From positions 1 to 49,960 of the forward strand of contig CASTST010000004.1 in assembly GCA_949451655.1 (NCBI GenBank): a stretch of 49,960 nucleotides of DNA. The letters run 5' to 3'. The notes beneath the pieces were generated by a model, which was not told the origin of the DNA, made no database searches, and saw only the letters and a list, made by a program, of their open reading frames with translations. Below are positions 28,612 to 38,219 of this stretch, one piece after another. The position numbers and the translations under genes were made by a program. The stretch is from an uncultured Eubacteriales bacterium (GTDB lineage: Bacteria > Bacillota > Clostridia > Oscillospirales > CAG-272). The number at the start of each line of letters is the position of its first letter. The stretch's first letter is position 1.

Positions 28612-28916
28612 CCGTCCGCGTTCTCTTCTTCAAAAAGGCGGATTTCCTGTGCCAGTGCATCCAGCACTTCTTCGGAAATACTGATTTCCAGATTGTTCTG
28701 GAACCGCTTTGCTTTTCTTGCCTTCTGGAAACAGGCAGAGCGTTTGCACACGTATGCGCCTCTGCCGCTCATTTTTCCGGTAAAGTCCAATGCCACTTCC
28801 CCTTCGGGACTGCGCACCACCCGCATCAAATCCTTTTTGGGGAAGGATTCACCGCAGCCAAGGCAGCGGCGCAGGGGCACCTTTCTGGGCTTTTGTCCTT
28901 TTTTTGCATTGCTCAT
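28608..28916 (-). CDS. ylxR: YlxR/RnpM family RNA-binding protein
   Basis: PLRRCLGC, KKDLMRVV, GRGAYVC. Confidence 0.92.
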   Translation of the reverse strand: MSNAKKGQKPRKVPLRRCLGCGESFPKKDLMRVVRSPEGEVALDFTGKMSGRGAYVCKRSACFQKARKAKRFQNNLEISISEEVLDALAQEIRLFEEENADG

Positions 28917-28957
28917 TTTTACCCTCTCAAAAAGGAAGGCGGCTGCCGGAGCAGTTT

Positions 28958-29983
28958 TTATCTTCCTTTGATATCGATTTTATAGCCGGTCAGTTTTGCT
29001 GCCAAACGCGCGTTTTGTCCTTCCTTCCCGATTGCAAGGGAAAGCTGTTCATTTGCCACAGTAACAACAGCGCTGCGTTCGCCATCCAGCTCCACGTCCA
29101 ACACTTCCGCAGGAGACAGTGCCGCTGCAATATATTCTTCCGGCTTCTCGGAATATTCGATTACATCAATTTTTTCGCCGCGCAGTTCTTCTACAATTTC
29201 ACCGATTCTGCGACCCCGTTCACCGATACATGCGCCTACCGGATCCACATCCGCGTCTCTGGAATACACTGCCAGTTTGGATCGGCTGCCGGCTTCTCTG
29301 GATACGCCTTCAATAATAACCACGCCGTCCTGAATCTCGGGAATCTCCATTTCAAACAAACGCTTTACAAGGTTCGGGTGGGTTCTGGAAAGGGTAACCA
29401 TAGGACCGGACTGACTGTCCCGGCGCACCTCGGTAACGAACACCTTGATCCGATCGCCCACTGCAAAGGTTTCACCGGGGATCTGCTCACCCTGTACCAG
29501 CACTGCCTCGCTGGTTCCCGTATCAATTACGATATCTCCGCTGGCATCCGCGGCTTTGGTGACCACCGCGCTGATGACTTCCTCACGCTTCTTCTCATAT
29601 TCCCGCAGCATGCTGCTGCGTTCTGCTTCACGGATTCCCTGAATGATAACCTGCTTGGCTGTCTGCGCGCTGAGTCTGCCAAAATTCTTGGTTTTCACTT
29701 CCCGTTCTACAACACCGCCCAGGGTGTACCGTCTGCTGATATTTTTCGCATCCTCCACAGAAATCTGTGTTGCGGGATCCTCCACCGTCTCTACAATGTC
29801 TTTACATTCGTAAACACGCACATCCTTTTTTTCCGGATCAATTGTCACACGTACATTTCCTGTACCGTATTCCTTTTTGAAAGCGCTGATCAGTGCGGCT
29901 TCCACTTTCTCTATCATATAATCCTTCGGGATTCCTTTGGTTTTCTCCAAAAGATCCAAAGCGGTGAAGAATTCTGCATTCAT
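28958..29983 (-). CDS. nusA: Transcription termination factor NusA
   Basis: FGRLSAQTAKQVI, LSRTHP, REAGSRSK, GACIG, AIGKEGQNARLA. Confidence 0.97.
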   Translation of the reverse strand: MNAEFFTALDLLEKTKGIPKDYMIEKVEAALISAFKKEYGTGNVRVTIDPEKKDVRVYECKDIVETVEDPATQISVEDAKNISRRYTLGGVVEREVKTKNFGRLSAQTAKQVIIQGIREAERSSMLREYEKKREEVISAVVTKAADASGDIVIDTGTSEAVLVQGEQIPGETFAVGDRIKVFVTEVRRDSQSGPMVTLSRTHPNLVKRLFEMEIPEIQDGVVIIEGVSREAGSRSKLAVYSRDADVDPVGACIGERGRRIGEIVEELRGEKIDVIEYSEKPEEYIAAALSPAEVLDVELDGERSAVVTVANEQLSLAIGKEGQNARLAAKLTGYKIDIKGR

Positions 29984-30034
29984 TTTCGCTTTCCAAACCT
30001 TTCTCTTTAGTTAATATATGAAACTTTTTATTTT

Positions 30035-30502
30035 TTACCACGCAAATATGGTCGTCACCTTTGCCCACTGCTGATTTTCCAAAGTGACAGTATTTTCCCC
30101 CACAGTAATGGTAATGGTATTTTCGTCTGCCCCGGTCAGCGTGCCGACAATTTTCTTCTGCCCGTCCAGGGGAGCATACAGCCGAACTTCAACCTGCTCG
30201 CCCAGACACTTTTGAAAATGCTCGGGTCTGGACAGGGTGCGTTCCACGCCCGGAGAAGAAACCTCCAGCCGATAGGAATTTTCAATGGGATCCGCTTCGT
30301 CCAGCATAGGATCAATGGCACGGTGCAGCCGTTCGCAGTCCTCGATACCAATTCCCGCGTCCTGATCGATGGTGATACGCAGAACCATTTCTGCGCCTTC
30401 CTTTACATATTCCACATCCCATAGAATATATCCCATTTCATCGGCAACAGGCTGAATCAGTTCCCGAACGATACCGGCAATATTTTTCTTTTGTCTTTCC
30501 AT
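30035..30502 (-). CDS. rimP: Ribosome maturation factor RimP
   Basis: LRITID, IEDCE, YRLEVSSPGVER. Confidence 0.96.
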   Translation of the reverse strand: MERQKKNIAGIVRELIQPVADEMGYILWDVEYVKEGAEMVLRITIDQDAGIGIEDCERLHRAIDPMLDEADPIENSYRLEVSSPGVERTLSRPEHFQKCLGEQVEVRLYAPLDGQKKIVGTLTGADENTITITVGENTVTLENQQWAKVTTIFAW

Positions 30503-30545
30503 TTTTATTGCTCCCGCCAGTTTCTATTTCTGTCTTTACAAAACA

Positions 30546-30568
30546 GAGAGTGGGTCAACCCCACTCTC
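30546..30568 (-). promoter_or_regulatory. rimP-leader hairpin
   Basis: GAGAGTGGG-N5-CCCACTCTC upstream of rimP, the hairpin typical of Firmicute rimP-nusA leaders. Confidence 0.65.
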
Positions 30569-30663
30569 CATTCTCATCGTATTCCATAATTCTTTTTCAG
30601 TATAGCACACACATTCCGCAATTGCAAGGGTTTTCCAACATTTTTTTGGAAAACAATCAAATT

Positions 30664-31602
30664 TTACAGGGGAACTATCGCTCCGGGATCCAACCGGACG
30701 GTCCTTCCATTTGCAAACACCCACAAGGGCATGCAGGACATATTCTGCGCAAAGGTGCGGTCGATCCCGTACACAAGTTCATCAAAGGCTTTTTTATACT
30801 CGAACAACTGCAAATTTGTGCAATACCAGATGTCCTCCCTGCCGGAAAGATATTCCAGAAGCGCTTCTGTTTTCTTATAGTCCTCTTCCCCTTTTCTGCG
30901 CAGCTCGTAACTGTGCCCCCATATATAAAAGAGAGCCGGCTCCGTATTTTTCTGCAGCACGCCCGTAGTTATTTTTCTTTCCACAAACGCCTTTGCCAAT
31001 GCAGGAACCTGCTCCTCCAAAAAGTGGCAGGTTGGCTGGATCATATAGGGATCTGCGGGCATATCGAACGCGTAGGTAGACCGGGCGTGCCGGGCGTACA
31101 AAAATCCGCATTGTTTTAGAAATGCGACAATGTCAGCGTTGACGCCTCCCTGAGGATAAGCAAACCCGCGCACCGGCGCGCCGGTGATTTGTTCCAGCTC
31201 CGCCCGGTCCCGACAAATCTCCCACATGGCAGCAGCCGTATCAATTTTGTCCAGCTGCGCATGGGTATATCCGTGGGAAGCAATTTCCATACCGCTTCCT
31301 TCGAAAATCCGGCACATCTCTTTTCTGGTAAAACGCTCCTGTATGCTTTTATCCGGGAGGTAGTCGCTGTTCACCTTCTCATAATCCGTGGGATCGTAGG
31401 TGCACAGTCCGGCGTTAATATTGAATGTGCCGCCCATGTGATATTTCTTCAGCATTTCTACCATCCATGCGTCCTCAACTACGCCGTCGTCAAAACTGAA
31501 GGTAACCGCTTTGGCCTTGCCCCCGGGAAACCGCATGAACACATGGGAATGCTTCATATTCTCCAGCTTTCCCTTATCCGTAATCCCCTCTGCATAAAAC
31601 AT
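30664..31602 (-). CDS. Polysaccharide deacetylase (CE4/NodB-like)
   Basis: TFSFDDG, EIASHGYTH, FAYPQG, WGHSYE; alternative start at 31557. Confidence 0.88.
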   Translation of the reverse strand: MFYAEGITDKGKLENMKHSHVFMRFPGGKAKAVTFSFDDGVVEDAWMVEMLKKYHMGGTFNINAGLCTYDPTDYEKVNSDYLPDKSIQERFTRKEMCRIFEGSGMEIASHGYTHAQLDKIDTAAAMWEICRDRAELEQITGAPVRGFAYPQGGVNADIVAFLKQCGFLYARHARSTYAFDMPADPYMIQPTCHFLEEQVPALAKAFVERKITTGVLQKNTEPALFYIWGHSYELRRKGEEDYKKTEALLEYLSGREDIWYCTNLQLFEYKKAFDELVYGIDRTFAQNMSCMPLWVFANGRTVRLDPGAIVPL

Positions 31603-31622
31603 AGTTTTTTCCTCGCTGCAAA

Positions 31623-32129
31623 TTATTCCTGCATCAATCCGCGGGTGATTTCTGCAATATACATCTTATGAAAATCTCTGTTTTTGTAATGCTCCATCAG
31701 TTCCGGGATAAGCATATTTTCTTCTTTGATAAAATCTGCGTAAAGCTTATTGCATTCCAAAATTACAGACGCTTCTTTAAAGGAAGTATATCCGTCATTG
31801 GTGGAAAAAGGAGTAAGCCCCGCCTGCGCAATTTTATCCGTATCCCTGCCGCTGACCTTGCCGCATAGTGCAAGCGCATCCCGGCAATTTCCGCCGAAGA
31901 AGGACAGTGTAAACCGATCTGTATTTTCCAAGAACGTGTACGTATACCGCTGAGGACGGATAAACACAAATGCCACCGGCTTGCCCCACAGTATGCCCAT
32001 GCCGCCCCAGCTTGCCGTCATCGTATTATATTTTTCGCCGTTCTGCGCCGTGACCAGCATCCAGTCGCTTCCCACCATCGAAAACACATTGCCCTGCATT
32101 TCAGCCGGAGCTTTTTCTATATATCCCAT
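31623..32129 (-). CDS. Flavin reductase family protein
   Basis: WMLVTA, NTMTASWG, RPQRYT, CGKVSGRD, FHKMYIAEI. Confidence 0.88.
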   Translation of the reverse strand: MGYIEKAPAEMQGNVFSMVGSDWMLVTAQNGEKYNTMTASWGGMGILWGKPVAFVFIRPQRYTYTFLENTDRFTLSFFGGNCRDALALCGKVSGRDTDKIAQAGLTPFSTNDGYTSFKEASVILECNKLYADFIKEENMLIPELMEHYKNRDFHKMYIAEITRGLMQE

Positions 32130-32251
32130 TGAAATTCTCCCTTCAAAGTTACTTCTATATGTATTGTACCCGCCGCAGGGGATTTTTGCAACTGTTTTCT
32201 TGATATTTTTCCAGAGATATGCTATACTAGATCTGGAAAGAAGGTGTTAAA

Positions 32252-32449
32252 ATGGAGCAAAAAAAGCCGCAGAATCAGACAGATTGCAGCACTTGCGTAT
32301 ACTATGACTACGACGAAATATACGATATGGATGTGTGCGACCTGAATCTGGATGAAGATGAGATGGTTCGGTTTATGCAGCATCCGTACAGCGCCTGTCC
32401 GTATTACAAATATTACGACGAATATAAAACAGTGCAAAAGCAAAATTAA
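32252..32449 (+). CDS. Small Cys/Tyr-rich conserved protein (DUF6472-like)
   Basis: CSTCVYY..C..NLDEDE..CPYY..DEYKTVQKQN; AAGGTG RBS. Confidence 0.75.
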   Translation: MEQKKPQNQTDCSTCVYYDYDEIYDMDVCDLNLDEDEMVRFMQHPYSACPYYKYYDEYKTVQKQN

Positions 32450-32461
32450 AGGGAGCAGCAC

Positions 32462-32778
32462 ACTGCCAGGCTTTCGCCAATCTTAAAAAGCCTCCCCCCC
32501 AGCAAAGGGAGGTGGGTTTTGCGTAGCAAAACTCGGAGGGATTGTTTGCAACATCGCCATTTTTTGATCATTCAAAATGACAGAAAGACAATCCCCCAGT
32601 CTCCACTGCGTGGAGCCAGCCCCCTTTGCACAAGGGGGCCTTCTTTATTTCATGCTCCGCGGGAGCACCCTAGGATCCGCTATGCGGCTCCAGCACAAGG
32701 GAGCCTTTTTGAGTTTGAGGTGCGCAGGAATTTCCTTTGCCGGGGGAGGCTTTTTAAGATTGGCGAAAACCCGGCAGT
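32462..32778. mobile_element. MITE-like element R6 with ~37-bp terminal inverted repeats enclosing a repeat doublet
   Basis: Left end ACTGCCAGGCTTTCGCCAATCTTAAAAAGCCTCCCCC matches the reverse complement of the right end at 35/37. Confidence 0.65.
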
Positions 32779-32924
32779 ATACAGTTTTCTTTACTGGAGA
32801 ATCCTTGTTGCTTTATGCTGTGCAAAAGTCTTTACCTATGAGATTCTTTTTGAAGTCCATACCCCCACACACCTTAATTGCCACATACTATCTAAATCTC
32901 CCCCGGCAAAAACACATCCGTTGC

Positions 32925-32953
32925 TTGACAGGGTTTACAGCGAATGCTATAAT
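32925..32953 (+). promoter_or_regulatory. sigma-A promoter for alaS
   Basis: TTGACA-17 bp-TATAAT with extended TG. Confidence 0.75.
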
Positions 32954-32994
32954 GATACATAATTTATGAATGTGTAATAAAAGAGGTACTTGCG

Positions 32995-35625
32995 ATGAAA
33001 TGGACTTCCCTCAACGAGCTGCGGGAGCAGTTTCTCTCCTTTTTTGAATCAAAAGGACACCTGCGTCTGCAAAGCTTTTCTCTGATTCCTGTGAACGATA
33101 AATCCCTGCTGCTGATCAATTCCGGCATGGCTCCCATGAAGCGGTATTTTACCAGAGAGGACGAGCCGCCCCGGGATCGAGTGTGCACCTGTCAGAAATG
33201 CATCCGCACAGGCGATATTGATAATGTTGGAAAAACATCCCGACATGGCACGTTTTTTGAAATGCTGGGGAATTTTTCCTTTGGCGATTACTTTAAAGAG
33301 GAAGCAATTTCATGGAGCTGGGAATTTCTGACCCAGGTGCTGGAAATTCCGGCAGACAAGCTGTATCCCTCCGTATATGAAGAAGATGACGAAGCATATG
33401 CCCTTTGGCGGGATAAAATCGGCGTCGCGCCGGAGCGGATTGTTCGTCTTGGCAAAGCAGACAATTTCTGGGAACACGGCAGCGGAGCGTGTGGACCCTG
33501 TTCTGAAATTTATTTTGACCGGGGAGAAGCATACGGATGCGGCAAACCCACCTGTTACCCGGGCTGCGAATGTGACCGATATGTAGAAATCTGGAATAAT
33601 GTATTTTCCCAGTTTAACAGCGATGGAAAAGGCAATTATACTGAACTTGCCCGAAAAAATATTGACACCGGCATGGGACTGGAGCGGCTTGCCTGCGTCA
33701 TCCAGGGCGTGGACAACTTGTTTGAAGTGGATACGGTCCGTAAAATTTTGGACACCGTATGCAGCATCGCCGGAGTAAAATACGGCACTGATCCGGATGC
33801 AGACATGTCGATCCGTGTGATTACCGACCATATCCGCAGTGCAACCTTTATGATTGCAGACGGAGTTATTCCCTCCAATGAGGGCAGAGGCTATGTACTC
33901 CGCCGTCTGCTGCGCCGCGCAGCCCGCCACGGCAAACGCATCGGAATCCAGGGCGGATTTCTCGGCGAGCTTTGCCTTGTGGCAATCGGGGAAAGCTGCG
34001 GAGCATATCCTGAGCTTTCGGAAAAGCAAAGCTATATACAAAAAGTTATTACAATGGAAGAAGAACGGTTTGAAGCAACCATTGACGCTGGGCTTGCCAT
34101 TCTGCAAAAACTGATCGGCGAAGCGCAATCCGCAGGAAGCAGTTCCCTTGCCGGCGAGGATGCTTTCAAACTGTACGACACCTATGGATTCCCGTTGGAT
34201 CTCACCTGTGAAATTGCCGGTGAAAAAGGGCTTTCTGTAGACGAGGAAGCATTCCGCGCCCTGATGCAGGAACAAAAGGAACGGGCACGTGCGGCAAGAT
34301 CCGATCTGTCAAGCTGGGACAGCGGCTCCGACGGTGCGTTGTCAGGCATTGCAGCTACGCAGTTTACCGGATATACCGAAGACAGCACCGAAGGTACTGT
34401 TCTTGCAGTTCTTGTAGACAGCGAACGCTGCGGGGCAGTATCCGAGGGGGAATGCAGTATCATCTTGGACAAGACCCCGTTCTACGGTGAAGGCGGCGGT
34501 CAGGTCGGCGATACCGGCACAATCACAACCCCGAAAGGCAGCGCCGCCGTGCTGGATACAAAAAAAGCAAACGGTGTTTTTGTACACGTATGCAAGATGC
34601 TTTCCGGTGTAATCCAGGAAGGTGACAGCGTAACGGCAAGCATTGACAGAGAGCGCAGGCAGGCAATTCGCAGAAATCACTCCGGCGTGCATCTGCTGCA
34701 GGCAGCACTCCGGCAGGTGCTGGGCGATCATGTAGAGCAGGCCGGTTCCTATGTAGACGCGGAACGGCTGCGCTTTGACTTCAGTCATTTTTCAGCCCTC
34801 ACTCCGGAAGAACTTGCCCGGGTGGAAAAACTGGTGAATGAAAATATTCTTGCAGCGCTCCCCATTGATACTATGGAAACAGATATTGAAACTGCAAAGA
34901 AGGCAGGCGCACTGGCACTGTTCGGAGAAAAATACGGGGAAACCGTGCGCGTTGTAAAAATGGGTGGATTTTCCACCGAGCTTTGCGGCGGAACCCACGC
35001 AGACAATACCGGAAAGCTTGGCTTGTTTAAAATACTCTCTGAAACTTCCGTGGCAGCCGGTGTGCGGCGAATTGAAGCTGTAACCGGACTGGGTGTATTG
35101 TCCCTGTTGGCGGAAAAAGATCATTTGATTGCAGAAACCGCGCGGGGACTGCGTGCAAACAGCCCTGCGGATCTTCCCGCAAAGGCTGCCGGTATGCAGC
35201 AGGAAGTTGCAAAACTCAAAAAAGAAATCGAAGGGCTCCAGGCAAAGCTTGCGTTAGGTAAACTGGATGCAATTCTTACCTCCGCTCAGGAAGTAGGTGC
35301 TGTAAAGCTGTGCACAGCAGATATAAAGGATATGTCTGTAGAAACCGCCCGCAGCCTGTGCGATAAACTGCGGGATCGGGACGCTTCTGTTGTGGCAGTG
35401 CTTGCCGTACAGGATGGCGAAAAGCTCAACTTTGTTGCATGCTGCGGCAAAGATGCAGTAAAGGCAGGCGCCCACGCAGGCATGCTGTTGAAAGAAGTAT
35501 CAGCTGTCACCGGCGGCAAAGGCGGCGGACGCCCGGATGCTGCAACCTCCGGCGGTAAGGATGCTGCAAAAGTTCCCGAAGCATTGAACGCAGCAAAAAC
35601 AATTCTTGCAGGGATGTTGAAATAA
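32995..35625 (+). CDS. alaS: Alanine--tRNA ligase
   Basis: INSGMAPMK, HGTFFEMLGNFSFGDYFK, DTGMGLERL, NHSGVHLL, ELCGGTH, GKGGGRP. Confidence 0.98.
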   Translation: MKWTSLNELREQFLSFFESKGHLRLQSFSLIPVNDKSLLLINSGMAPMKRYFTREDEPPRDRVCTCQKCIRTGDIDNVGKTSRHGTFFEMLGNFSFGDYFKEEAISWSWEFLTQVLEIPADKLYPSVYEEDDEAYALWRDKIGVAPERIVRLGKADNFWEHGSGACGPCSEIYFDRGEAYGCGKPTCYPGCECDRYVEIWNNVFSQFNSDGKGNYTELARKNIDTGMGLERLACVIQGVDNLFEVDTVRKILDTVCSIAGVKYGTDPDADMSIRVITDHIRSATFMIADGVIPSNEGRGYVLRRLLRRAARHGKRIGIQGGFLGELCLVAIGESCGAYPELSEKQSYIQKVITMEEERFEATIDAGLAILQKLIGEAQSAGSSSLAGEDAFKLYDTYGFPLDLTCEIAGEKGLSVDEEAFRALMQEQKERARAARSDLSSWDSGSDGALSGIAATQFTGYTEDSTEGTVLAVLVDSERCGAVSEGECSIILDKTPFYGEGGGQVGDTGTITTPKGSAAVLDTKKANGVFVHVCKMLSGVIQEGDSVTASIDRERRQAIRRNHSGVHLLQAALRQVLGDHVEQAGSYVDAERLRFDFSHFSALTPEELARVEKLVNENILAALPIDTMETDIETAKKAGALALFGEKYGETVRVVKMGGFSTELCGGTHADNTGKLGLFKILSETSVAAGVRRIEAVTGLGVLSLLAEKDHLIAETARGLRANSPADLPAKAAGMQQEVAKLKKEIEGLQAKLALGKLDAILTSAQEVGAVKLCTADIKDMSVETARSLCDKLRDRDASVVAVLAVQDGEKLNFVACCGKDAVKAGAHAGMLLKEVSAVTGGKGGGRPDAATSGGKDAAKVPEALNAAKTILAGMLK

Positions 35626-35819
35626 GAACCCGACCCGTCATCGCAATGATAAATTGCAGACGGGTTCCCCGGAACTTTCTTTTGCAAAATAACAAAAAAC
35701 CAGCAGGCAATAGTCTGCTGGTTTTTATGTAAAGAAAGATGTTGCACTGCAAATTCCAACAAGCTTCATCAACCCCTAACAAAAGGAGATGGATCGCCGC
35801 AGAACCTACTACCTCATCA

Positions 35820-36022
35820 GCTCCCCCAGCAAAGGGAAGTAGCACACCGCAGCCCCACTAAATTTAAGCCTCCCTTGTGCAAAGGGAGGTGGCGCGGTGC
35901 AATCCACACCAAATCTATGCCTCCCCCAGCAAAGGGCGGTGGCACAGCGCAGCCCCACTAAATTTAAGCCTCCCTTGTGTAAAGGGAGGTGGCACAGCGC
36001 GAGCTGTGACGGAGGGATTGTT
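35820..36022 (+). repeat. R7: four tandem half-units (~50 bp, ABAB pattern) of the palindromic family
   Basis: CTCCCCCAGCAAAGGG...GCAGCCCCACTAAATTTAAGC alternating with CTCCCTTGTGYAAAGGGAGGTGGC; ends in GGAGGGATTGT. Confidence 0.88.
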
Positions 36023-36060
36023 TGATACGTACTATCGACTTATATTTTTCAAAAAAACTA

Positions 36061-36205
36061 TTGACATACTATTGAAATTGTGCTATAATTTATCTGTTCA
36101 CCAAAGACAGCAGGTTTCGGTAAAAGCATATGCTTTCCTGCCGAGGAGACGCAATACTGTAGTATTTCACGTCTTTTTTCGGCATGCCGGAAAAAGACTT
36201 TTTTA
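36061..36205 (+). promoter_or_regulatory. rplJ promoter and L10 ribosomal protein leader
   Basis: TTGACA(36061)-17-TATAAT(36084); CCAAAGACAGCAGG...CCTGCCGAGG followed by a hairpin and T-tract. Confidence 0.8.
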
Positions 36206-36251
36206 TTTCCCTGTGCATCCTGCTGTGAATTTTTAGAAGGAGGTATGGAAA

Positions 36252-36803
36252 ATGCCCAGTGAGAAGATTCTTGAACAGAAAAAAGCTGCCGTAGCAGATC
36301 TTTCTGAAAAAATGGGACGTGCCGCTGCCGGTGTGCTTGTTAAGTACCAGGGTATCACCGTTGAAGATGATACAAAGCTGCGTGCAAAACTGCGCAGTGC
36401 AGGCGTAGAATATGCCGTAATCAAAAACTCTTTGATCGGACGTGCTGCTGATATTGCAGGACTTGGCGAGATCAAGGGACTTTTGGAAGGCATGAACGCA
36501 ATTGCGATTAGTTATGATGATCCGGTTGCTCCCGCAAAAATCCTGAAAGAATACGAAGAAAAAGTGGAAAGCTTTGAGCTTCGTGGTGGATTTTTGGACG
36601 GCGCAGTAGTGGATCTGGCTACTGTAAAAGAACTGGCTGATATTCCCCCGAAGGAAGTTTTGATTGCCAGAATGCTTGGTTCCCTGCAAGGTCCTCTGTC
36701 CGGACTGGCTGTTGCCCTGCAGGCAGTAATCGACAAGAGCGGAGAAGAAGTTCCCGCTGACACGGAAGCTCCTGCTGCAGAAGCAGAGGCATCCGCTGAA
36801 TAA
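36252..36803 (+). CDS. rplJ: 50S ribosomal protein L10
   Basis: YQGITV, LRAKLR, VIKNSL, LADIPPKEVLIARMLG. Confidence 0.97.
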   Translation: MPSEKILEQKKAAVADLSEKMGRAAAGVLVKYQGITVEDDTKLRAKLRSAGVEYAVIKNSLIGRAADIAGLGEIKGLLEGMNAIAISYDDPVAPAKILKEYEEKVESFELRGGFLDGAVVDLATVKELADIPPKEVLIARMLGSLQGPLSGLAVALQAVIDKSGEEVPADTEAPAAEAEASAE

Positions 36804-36878
36804 TCCGATTTTTCGGATTGATAAAGAAAAGCCGCAAAGCGGCAACAAATTTTTGAAATTATTTGGAGGTATATTATA

Positions 36879-37256
36879 ATGGCATCCGAAAAGACAACTG
36901 CTATTCTTGAAGAAATCAAAGCGCTTACAATTTTGGAACTGTCCGACCTGGTAAAGGCAATCGAAGAGGAATTCGGTGTATCCGCAGCACCTGTTGCTGT
37001 AGCTGCTGTAGGCGGCGCTGCTCCCGCAGCTGCTGCTGAAGAAAAGACTGAGTTCGATGTAGTACTCAAGAGCTTCGGCGCGAAGAAACTGGACGTTATC
37101 AAAGTGGTTCGTGAAATCACTGGTCTCGGCCTGAAGGAAGCTAAGGAAATGGTTGAGGGTGCTCCCAAGACTGTTAAAGAAGGCGCAAGCAAGGAAGATG
37201 CTGAGCAGATTAAAGCGAAGCTCACTGAAGCAGGCGCAGAAGTTGAGATTAAGTAA
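36879..37256 (+). CDS. rplL: 50S ribosomal protein L7/L12
   Basis: [33 protein letters not shown]. Confidence 0.98.
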   Translation: MASEKTTAILEEIKALTILELSDLVKAIEEEFGVSAAPVAVAAVGGAAPAAAAEEKTEFDVVLKSFGAKKLDVIKVVREITGLGLKEAKEMVEGAPKTVKEGASKEDAEQIKAKLTEAGAEVEIK

Positions 37257-37275
37257 TCAACTTGCAATACATGAT

Positions 37276-37307
37276 AAAACCGGACTGGATAACCAGTCCG
37301 GTTTTTT
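37276..37307 (+). terminator. rplJL terminator
   Basis: AAAACCGGACTGG-ATAA-CCAGTCCGGTTTTTT. Confidence 0.85.
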
Positions 37308-37357
37308 GCGTAATAGAATAGAAAAGGAAGAACCTTCGCGCAGTACCAACTTAATCA

Positions 37358-37646
37358 AAGCCCCCCTTTTGAACAATGGGGCACTGCCGTCAAAATCAAA
37401 TGCCCTCTGTACAAGGACGCGGCACTGTCACCAAAATCAAATTTGATCCTCCCTGTGCAAGGGCGCGGCACTGTCACCAAAATCAAACTTAAGCCTCCCC
37501 TGTGCAAGGGGAGGTGGCGCAGCTTGCTGCGACGGAGGGGTTGTCTGCATACCGCCGTCTTGCAGTTCTTTCAAATTGATAGTAAACAATCCCTCCGTCA
37601 TGATCGCTATGCTTAGGCATCCCCCCCTTTGCACAAAGGGGGGACT
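37358..37646. repeat. R8: degenerate tandem half-units followed by a full doublet
   Basis: GGCACTGTCACCAAAATCAAA twice plus one variant, then AAGCCTCCCCTGTGCAAGGGGAGG..GGGTTGT..ACAATCCCTCC..CCTTTGCACAAAGGGGG. Confidence 0.88.
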
Positions 37647-37719
37647 AACCGAAGATTGTAACCATATTACCATAGTAAATTTCCATCTGTGGGATAGCTT
37701 ATTTGCTTCTGTCACTGCC

Positions 37720-38214
37720 TCATATATAAATAGATACACCCATTAAAATCCATATCCCGCTTAGCAGTGCAAACACTGCTCCCTCTGAAATCACTATACC
37801 TGCAATTGGCAGAATCAACGCCGCACCCATGAGAACAATGACTGCGCCCGCTCCCTTTTGAAGTGGTCTCCCCATGCAGAAAATCATAAATCCATACGCC
37901 GCAAAGGTAAGAAAATATAAAACAACGGACAGAAACTTTACAAAGCCGCCAAGTCCCGTTACGCTTACCATAAACGTACTGCTGAGGGAGCACAGTGCGC
38001 AGATCAGCGCAAAAAGCGTTACACGCCCCCGATGTTCATATGCAAAAACCCCCAGCCCGCCGGTAAAAAAACATAACATACATCCGGACAGAATCGCACC
38101 GGATGCAGCGGATATGTGCAGATAAGATCCGATAATCTGAAAAATCCGTAAAAGAATACCAATGGTGATCAGTGCGCGCCCCATAGTAAGACGGCTATTT
38201 TTCCTGTTTGCCAT
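37720..38214 (-). CDS. Hypothetical multi-pass membrane protein
   Basis: 164 aa, mostly hydrophobic; AAAGGA RBS; directly follows the upstream permease-like gene. Confidence 0.7.
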   Translation of the reverse strand: MANRKNSRLTMGRALITIGILLRIFQIIGSYLHISAASGAILSGCMLCFFTGGLGVFAYEHRGRVTLFALICALCSLSSTFMVSVTGLGGFVKFLSVVLYFLTFAAYGFMIFCMGRPLQKGAGAVIVLMGAALILPIAGIVISEGAVFALLSGIWILMGVSIYI

Positions 38215-38219
38215 ATATT

